Shown one piece after another: positions 55,145-64,000 of a stretch of 64,000 bases of DNA. The first letter of the stretch is position 1. Each line of letters starts with the position of its first letter. Source of the DNA: Auanema rhodensis (Eukaryota; Animalia; Nematoda); NCBI GenBank assembly GCA_964057225.1, contig OZ059897.1, positions 2,232,001 through 2,296,000 of the forward strand, written 5' to 3'. The notes under the pieces were generated by a model. It was not told the DNA's origin. It saw only the letters and a program-made list of their open reading frames with translations, and ran no database searches. Both the position numbers and the translations under genes were made by a program.

Positions 55145-58100
55145 ATGCACCGAGATATCAACAGATATATGTTCACACTTATATCCTCGATTTTCACCCT
55201 GAAGAAATGATTTTTTCGTTGAAAAAACATTGTCCATCGTCTTTGCCTTGAAAAAAGGAATCTGAAAACATCTACTTTTTGTGAAATTATTTAGAAATTT
55301 TTCGGGAAAATTTTTGTCAAAATGTTTTTGGAAGCAATGTTGAGTGTACATGGGAACTCAACATACACTAATGCATTATTTTTCAAACGATAATAACTAA
55401 TTTTTGTATAGAGCGTTTCTTAATGTAGTAAAGTGCATTCGATGCGGATTTTTAAGCTGCGTCGATCTGTGTTATCAGATTTGAGTTAGCTTAAAAATGC
55501 ACCGAGATATCAACTGATATATGTTCACACTTATATCCTCGATTTTCACCCTGAAGAAATGATTTTTTCGTTGAAAAAACATTGTCCATCGTCTTTGCCT
55601 TGAAAAAAGGAATCTAAAAACATCTACTTTTTGTGAAATTATTTAGAAATTTTTCGGGAAAATTTTTGTCAAAATGTTTTTGGAAGCAATGTTGAGTGTA
55701 CATGGGAACTCAACATACACTAATGCATTATTTTTCAAACGATAATAACTAATTTTTGTATAGAGCGTTTCTTAATGTAGTAAAGTGCATTCGATGCGGA
55801 TTTTTAAGCTGCGTCGATCTGTGTTATCAGATTTGAGTTAGCTTAAAAATGCACCGAGATATCAACAGATATAGGTTCACACTTATATCCTCGATTTTCA
55901 CCCTGAAGAAATGATTTTTTGGTTGAAAAACATTGTCCATCGTCTTCGTCTTGAAAAAAGGAATCTAAAAACATCTACTTTTTGTGAAATTATTTAGAAA
56001 TTTTTCGGGAAAATTTTTGTCAAAATGTTTTTGGAAGCAATGTTGGGTGTACATGGGAACTCAACATACACTAATGCATTATTTTTCAAACGATCATAAC
56101 TAATTTTTGTATAAAGCGTTTCTTAATGTAGTATAGTGCATTCGATGCGGATTTTTAAGCTGCGTCGATCTGTGTTATCAGATTTGAGTTAGCTTAAAAA
56201 TGCACCGAGATATCAACTGATATATGTTCACACTTATATCCTCGATTTTCACCCTGAAGAAATGATTTTTTGGTTGAAAAACATTGTCCATCGTCTTCGT
56301 CTTGAAAAAAGGAATCTAAAAACATCTACTTTTTGTGAAATTATTTAGAAATTTTTCGGGAAAATTTTTGTCAAAATGTTTTTGGAAGCAATGTTGAGTG
56401 TACATGGGAACTCAACATACACTAATGCATTATTTTTCAAACGATAATAACTAATTTTTGTATAGAGCGTTTCTCAAGGTAGTATAGTGCATTCGATGCG
56501 GATTTTTAAGCTGCGTCGATCTGTGTTATCAGATTTGAGCTAGCTTAAAAATGCACCGAGATATCAACTGATATATGTTCACACTTATATCCTCGATTTT
56601 CACCCTGAAGAAATGATTTTTTGGTTGAAAAACATTGTCCATCGTCTTCGTCTTAAAAAAAGGAATCTAAAAACATCTACTTTTTGTGAAATTATTTAGA
56701 AATTTTTCGGGAAAATTTTTGTCAAAATGTTTTTGGAAGCAATGTTGGGTGTACATGGGAACTCAACATACACTAATGCATTATTTTTCAAACGATAATA
56801 ACTAATTTTTGTATAGAGCGTTTCTTAATGTAGTAAAGTGCATTCGATGCGGATTTTTAAGCTGCGTCGATCTGTGTTATCAGATTTGAGTTAGCTTAAA
56901 AATGCACCGAGATATCAACTGATATATGTTCACACTTATATCCTCGATTTTCACCCTGAAGAAATGATTTTTTGGTTGAAAAACATTGTCCATCGTCTTT
57001 GCCTTGAAAAAAGGAATCTAAAAACATCTACTTTTTGTGAAATTATTTAGAAATTTTTCGGGAAAATTTTTGTCAAAATGTTTTTGGAAGCAATGTTGGG
57101 TGTACATGGGAACTCAACATACACTAATGCATTATTTTTCAAACGATAATAACTAATTTTTGTATAGAGCGTTTCTTAATGTAGTAAAGTGCATTCGATG
57201 CGGATTTTTAAGCTGCGTCGATCTGTGTTATCAGATTTGAGCTAGCTTAAAAATGCACCGAGATATCAACTGATATATGTTCACACTTATATCCTCGATT
57301 TTCACCCTGAAGAAATGATTTTTTGGTTGAAAAACATTGTCCATCGTCTTCGTCTTGAAAAAAGGAATCTAAAAACATCTACTTTTTGTGAAATTATTTA
57401 GAAATTTTTCGGGAAAATTTTTGTCAAAATGTTTTTGGAAGCAATGTTGAGTGTACATGGGAACTCAACATACACTAATGCATTATTTTTCAAACGATAA
57501 TAACTAATTTTTGTATAGAGCGTTTCTTAATGTAGTAAAGTGCATTCGATGCGGATTTTTAAGCTGCGTCGATCTGTGTTATCAGATTTGAGTTAGCTTA
57601 AAAATGCACCGAGATATCAACTGATATATGTTCACACTTATATCCTCGATTTTCACCCTGAAGAAATGATTTTTTGGTTGAAAAACATTGTCCATCGTCT
57701 TTGCCTTGAAAAAAGGAATCTAAAAACCTCTACTTTCTGTGAAATTATTTAGAAATTTTTCGGGAAAATTTTTGTCAAAATGTTTTTGGAAGCAATGTTG
57801 GGTGTACATGGGAACTCAACATACACTAATGCATTATTTTTCAAACGATAACAACTAATTTTTGTATAGAGCGTTTCTTAATGTAGTAAAGTGCATTCGA
57901 TGCGGATTTTTAAGCTGCGTCGATCTGTGTTATCAGATTTGAGCTAGCTTAAAAATGCACCGAGATATCAACTGATATATGTTCACACTTATATCCTCGA
58001 TTTTCACCCTGAAGAAATGATTTTTTGGTTGAAAAACATTGTCCATCGTCTTCGTCTTGAAAAAAGGAATCTAAAAACATCTACTTTTTGTGAAATTATT

Positions 58101-61100
58101 TAGAAATTTTTCGGGAAAATTTTTGTCAAAATGTTTTTGGAAGCAATGTTGAGTGTACATGGGAACTCAACATACACTAATGCATTATTTTTCAAACGAT
58201 AATAACTAATTTTTGTATAGAGCGTTTCTTAATGTAGTAAAGTGCATTCGATGCGGATTTTTAAGCTGCGTCGATCTGTGTTATCAGATTTGAGTTAGCT
58301 TAAAAATGCACCGAGATATCAACTGATATATGTTCACACTTATATCCTCGATTTTCACCCTGAAGAAATGATTTTTTCGTTGAAAAAACATTGTCCATCG
58401 TCTTTGCCTTGAAAAAAGGAATCTAAAAACATCTACTTTTTGTGAAATTATTTAGAAATTTTTCGGGAAAATTTTTGTCAAAATGTTTTTGGAAGCAATG
58501 TTGAGTGTACATGGGAACTCAACATACACTAATGCATTATTTTTCAAACGATAATAACTAATTTTTGTATAGAGCGTTTCTTAATGTAGTAAAGTGCATT
58601 CGATGCGGATTTTTAAGCTGCGTCGATCTGTGTTATCAGATTTGAGTTAGCTTAAAAATGCACCGAGATATCAACAGATATATGTTCACACTTATATCCT
58701 CGATTTTCACCCTGAAGAAATGATTTTTTGGTTGAAAAACATTGTCCATCGTCTTCGTCTTGAAAAAAGGAATCTAAAAACATCTACTTTTTGTGAAATT
58801 ATTTAGAAATTTTTCGGGAAAATTTTTGTCAAAATGTTTTTGGAAGCAATGTTGGGTGTACATGGGAACTCAACATACACTAATGCATTATTTTTCAAAC
58901 GATCATAACTAATTTTTGTATAAAGCGTTTCTTAATGTAGTATAGTGCATTCGATGCGGATTTTTAAGCTGCGTCGATCTGTGTTATCAGATTTGAGTTA
59001 GCTTAAAAATGCACCGAGATATCAACTGATATATGTTCACACTTATATCCTCGATTTTCACCCTGAAGAAATGATTTTTTGGTTGAAAAACATTGTCCAT
59101 CGTCTTCGTCTTGAAAAAAGGAATCTAAAAACATCTACTTTTTGTGAAATTATTTAGAAATTTTTCGGGAAAATTTTTGTCAAAATGTTTTTGGAAGCAA
59201 TGTTGAGTGTACATGGGAACTCAACATACACTAATGCATTATTTTTCAAACGATAATAACTAATTTTTGTATGGAGCGTTTCTCAAGGTAGTATAGTGCA
59301 TTCGATGCGGATTTTTAAGCTGCGTCGATCTGTGTTATCAGATTTGAGCTAGCTTAAAAATGCACCGAGATATCAACTGATATATGTTCACACTTATATC
59401 CTCGATTTTCACCCTGAAGAAATGATTTTTTGGTTGAAAAACATTGTCCATCGTCTTTGCCTTGAAAAAAGGAATCTAAAAACCTCTACTTTCTGTGAAA
59501 TTATTTAGAAATTTTTCGGGAAAATTTTTGTCAAAATGTTTTTGGAAGCAATGTTGGGTGTACATGGGAACTCAACATACACTAATGCATTATTTTTCAA
59601 ACGATAATAACTAATTTTTGTATAGAGCGTTTCTTAATGTAGTAAAGTGCATTCGATGCGGATTTTTAAGCTGCGTCGATCTGTGTTATCAGATTTGAGT
59701 TAGCTTAAAAATGCACCGAGATATCAACAGATATATGTTCACACTTATATCCTCGATTTTCACCCTGAAGAAATGATTTTTTCGTTGGAAAAACATTGTC
59801 CATCGTCTTTGCCTTGAAAAAAGGAATCTAAAAACATCTACTTTTTGTGAAATTATTTAGAAATTTTTCGGGAAAATTTTTGTCAAAATGTTTTTGGAAG
59901 CAATGTTGAGTGTACATGGGAACTCAACATACACTAATGCATTATTTTTCAAACGATAATAACTAATTTTTGTATAGAGCGTTTCTTAATGTAGTATAGT
60001 GCATTCGATGCGGATTTTTAAGCTGCGTCGATCTGTGTGATCAGATTTGAGTTAGCTTAAAAATGCACCGAGATATCAACTGATATATGTTCACACTTAT
60101 ATCCTCGATTTTCACCCTGAAGAAATGATTTTTTCGTTGAAAAAACATTGTCCATCGTCTTTGCCTTGAAAAAAGGAATCTAAAAACATCTACTTTTTGT
60201 GAAATTATTTAGAAATTTTTCGGGAAAATTTTTGTCAAAATGTTTTTGGAAGCAATGTTGAGTGTACATGGGAACTCAACATACACTAATGCATTATTTT
60301 TCAAACGATAATAACTAATTTTTGTATAGAGCGTTTCTTAATGTAGTAAAGTGCATTCGATGCGGATTTTTAAGCTGCGTCGATCTGTGTTATCAGATTT
60401 GAGTTAGCTTAAAAATGCACCGAGATATCAACAGATATATGTTCACACTTATATCCTCGATTTTCACCCTGAAGAACTGATTTTTTGGTTGAAAAACATT
60501 GTCCATCGTCTTCGTCTTGAAAAAAGGAATCTAAAAACATCTACTTTTTGTGAAATTATTTAGAAATTTTTCGGGAAAATTTTTGTCAAAATGTTTTTGG
60601 AAGCAATGTTGGGTGTACATGGGAACTCAACATACACTAATGCATTATTTTTCAAACGATCATAACTAATTTTTGTATAAAGCGTTTCTTAATGTAGTAT
60701 AGTGCATTCGATGCGGATTTTTAAGCTGCGTCGATCTGTGTTATCAGATTTGAGTTAGCTTAAAAATGCACCGAGATATCAACTGATATATGTTCACACT
60801 TATATCCTCGATTTTCACCCTGAAGAAATGATTTTTTGGTTGAAAAACATTGTCCATCGTCTTCGTCTTGAAAAAAGGAATCTAAAAACATCTACTTTTT
60901 GTGAAATTATTTAGAAATTTTTCGGGAAAATTTTTGTCAAAATGTTTTTGGAAGCAATGTTGAGTGTACATGGGAACTCAACATACACTAATGCATTATT
61001 TTTCAAACGATAATAACTAATTTTTGTATGGAGCGTTTCTCAAGGTAGTATAGTGCATTCGATGCGGATTTTTAAGCTGCGTCGATCTGTGTTATCAGAT

Positions 61101-61467
61101 TTGAGCTAGCTTAAAAATGCACCGAGATATCAACTGATATATGTTCACACTTATATCCTCGATTTTCACCCTGAAGAAATGATTTTTTGGTTGAAAAACA
61201 TTGTCCATCGTCTTCGTCTTGAAAAAAGGAATCTAAAAACATCTACTTTTTGTGAAATTATTTAGAAATTTTTCGGGAAAATTTTTGTCAAAATGTTTTT
61301 GGAAGCAATGTTGGGTGTACATGGGAACTCAACATACACTAATGCATTATTTTTCAAACGATCATAACTAATTTTTGTATAAAGCGTTTCTTAATGTAGT
61401 ATAGTGCATTCGATGCGGATTTTTAAGCTGCGTCGATCTGTGTTATCAGATTTGAGTTAGCTTGAAA
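55145..61467. repeat. Subdomain of 18 consecutive monomers that are W or L class only
   Basis: No N, H or R heads; all copies have TATTTAG; the GATAATA..GTAAAGTG tail is frequent; no + strand ORFs are called here. Confidence 0.85.
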
Positions 61468-64000
61468 ATGTACCGAGATATCAACTGATATATGTTCACA
61501 CTTATATCCTCGATTTTCACCCTGAAGAATTTATTTTTTCGTTGAATAACATTGTCCATCGTCTTCGCCTTGAAAGAAGGAATCTAAAAACATCTACTTT
61601 TTGTGAAATTATTCAGAAATTTTTCGGGAAAATTTTTGTCAAAATGTTTTTGGAAGCAATGTTGAGTGTACATGGGAACTCAGCATACACTAATGCATTA
61701 TTTTTCAAACGATAATAACTAATTTTTGTATAGAGCGTTTCTTAATGTAGTATAGTGCATTCGATGCGGATTTTTAAGTTGCGTTGATCTGTGTTATCAG
61801 ATTTGAGTTAGCTTAAAAATGCACCGAGATATCAACTGATATATGTTCACACTTATATCCTCGATTTTCACCCTGAAGAATTTATTTTTTCGTTGAATAA
61901 CATTGTCCATCGTCTTCGCCTTGAAAGAAGGAATCTAAAAACATCTACTTTTTGTGAAATTATTCAGAAATTTTTCGGGAAAATTTTTGTCAAAATGTTT
62001 TTGGAAGCAATGTTGAGTGTACATGGGAACTCAACATACACTAATGCATTATTTTTCAAACGATCATAACTTATTTTTGTATAGAGCGTTTCTCAATGTA
62101 GTATAGTGCATTCGATGCGAATTTTTAAGCTGCGTCGATCTGTGTTATCAGATTTGAGTTAACTTAAAAATGCACCGAGATATCAACTGATATAGGTTCA
62201 CACTTATATCCTCGATTTTCACCCTGAAGAAATGATTTTTTCGTTGAAAAACATTGTCCATCGTCTTCGTCATGAAAAAAAGGAATCTAAAAACATATAC
62301 TTTTTGTGAAATTATTCAGAAAATTTTCGGGAAAATTTTTGTCAAAATGTTTTTGGAAGCAATGTTGAGTGTACATGGGAACTCAACATACACTAATGCA
62401 TTATTTTTCAAACGATCATAACTAATTTTTGTAAATAGCGTTTCTCAAGGTAGTATAGTGCATTCGATGCGGATTTTTAAGCTGCGTCGATCTGTGTTAT
62501 CAGATTTGAGCTAGCTTAAAAATGCACCGAGATATCAACAGATATATGTTCACACTTATATCCTCGATTTTCACCCTGAAGAAATGATTTTTTTGTTGAA
62601 AAAACATTGTCCATCGTCTTTGCCTTGAAAAAAGGAATCTAAAAACATCTACTTTTTGTGAAATTATTTAGAAATTTTTCGGGAAAATTTTTGTCAAAAT
62701 GTTTTTGGAAGCAATGTTGAGTGTACATGGGAACTCAACATACACTAATGCATTATTTTTCAAACGATAATAACTAATTTTTGTATAGAGCGTTTCTTAA
62801 TGTAGTAAAGTGCATTCGATGCGGATTTTTAAGCTGCGTCGATCTGTGTTATCAGATTTGAGTTAGCTTAAAAATGCACCGAGATATCAACTGATATATG
62901 TTCACACTTATATCCTCGATTTTCACCCTGAAGAAATGATTTTTTCGTTGAAAAAACATTGTCCATCGTCTTTGCCTTGAAAAAAGGAATCTAAAAACAT
63001 CTACTTTTTGTGAAATTATTTAGAAATTTTTCGGGAAAATTTTTGTCAAAATGTTTTTGGAAGCAATGTTGAGTGTACATGGGAACTCAACATACACTAA
63101 TGCATTATTTTTCAAACGATAATAACTAATTTTTGTATAGAGCGTTTCTTAATGTAGTAAAGTGCATTCGATGCGGATTTTTAAGCTGCGTCGATCTGTG
63201 TTATCAGATTTGAGTTAGCTTAAAAATGCACCGAGATATCAACAGATATATGTTCACACTTATATCCTCGATTTTCACCCTGAAGAAATGATTTTTTCGT
63301 TGAAAAAACATTGTCCATCGTCTTTGCCTTGAAAAAAGGAATCTAAAAACATCTACTTTTTGTGAAATTATTTAGAAATTTTTCGGGAAAATTTTTGTCA
63401 AAATGTTTTTGGAAGCAATGTTGAGTGTACATGGGAACTCAACATACACTAATGCATTATTTTTCAAACGATCATAACTTATTTTTGTATAGAGCGTTTC
63501 TCAATGTAGTATAGTGCATTCGATGCGGATTTTTAAGCTGCGTCGATCTGTGTTATCAGATTTGAGTTAACTTAAAAATGCACCGAGATATCAACTGATA
63601 TAGGTTCACACTTATATCCTCGATTTTCACCCTGAAGAATTTATTTTTTCGTTGAATAACATTGTCCATCGTCTTCGCCTTGAAAGAAGGAATCTAAAAA
63701 CATCTACTTTTTGTGAAATTATTCAGAAATTTTTCGGGAAAATTTTTGTCAAAATGTTTTTGGAAGCAATGTTGAGTGTACATGGGAACTCAACATACAC
63801 TAATGCATTATTTTTCAAACGATCATAACTTATTTTTGTATAGAGCGTTTCTCAATGTAGTATAGTGCATTCGATGCGAATTTTTAAGCTGCGTCGATCT
63901 GTGTTATCAGATTTGAGTTAACTTAAAAATGCACCGAGATATCAACTGATATAGGTTCACACTTATATCCTCGATTTTCACCCTGAAGAAATGATTTTTT

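Larger units (their letters stand above)
1..64000. repeat. Tandem satellite DNA array, 351/352-bp AT-rich monomer, 182 full copies plus a partial copy, single orientation (heterochromatic, possibly (peri)centromeric)
   Basis: ATG(C/T)ACCGAGATATCAAC recurs at 1, 352, 704, 1055, 1406 ... 63578, 63929. Span 63928 = 182x351 + 46, matching 47 L-type +A copies, +1 near 5950, +1 near 62280, -1 near 14535 and -2 near 47452. No unique sequence anywhere. The centromeric/heterochromatic location is inference. Confidence 0.98.

Noticed and set aside
5894-55351. Four minus-strand ORFs (5894, 12287, 40722, 55139)
   Set aside because: Each arises from a rare SNP or indel removing a stop within satellite sequence.
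1-64000. CRISPR-like array, or cassette/diversity-generating system with variable segments
   Set aside because: No unique spacers; variation is limited to a few mostly biallelic SNPs; no cas, recombinase, integrase or reverse transcriptase gene in the window.

Overview
The whole 64 kb window is one uninterrupted head-to-tail array of an AT-rich (~32% GC, hand count on monomer 1) eukaryotic-type satellite DNA. It holds 182 complete monomers plus a 72-bp partial copy starting at 63929, all in the same orientation. Most monomers are 351 bp; 47 carry an extra A in TTGAAAAA(A)C, and there are four private indels. I see no credible genes, RNA genes, transposon insertions or CRISPR spacers: every ORF in the track is the same in-monomer reading frame, switched on or off by satellite SNPs. 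Monomers fall into about five recurrent head classes that I label W (TTTTTGGTTG), L (352 bp, CTTTGCCTTG), N (GAATAAC..CATCATC), H (GTCATGAAAA) and R (GAATAAC..GCCTTGAAAGAAGG). These are arranged in local, short-lived higher-order repeats (3-, 5- and 8-mers, and a degenerate 12-16-mer), with a W/L-only domain at 55.1-61.5 kb. Two small patches carry divergent sequence. The most interesting signal lies inside the monomer: it is dense in dyad symmetries, and its recurrent variants either keep stems paired through + strand G-T wobbles or turn quasi-palindromes into perfect ones. The species and satellite family cannot be identified from the sequence alone.
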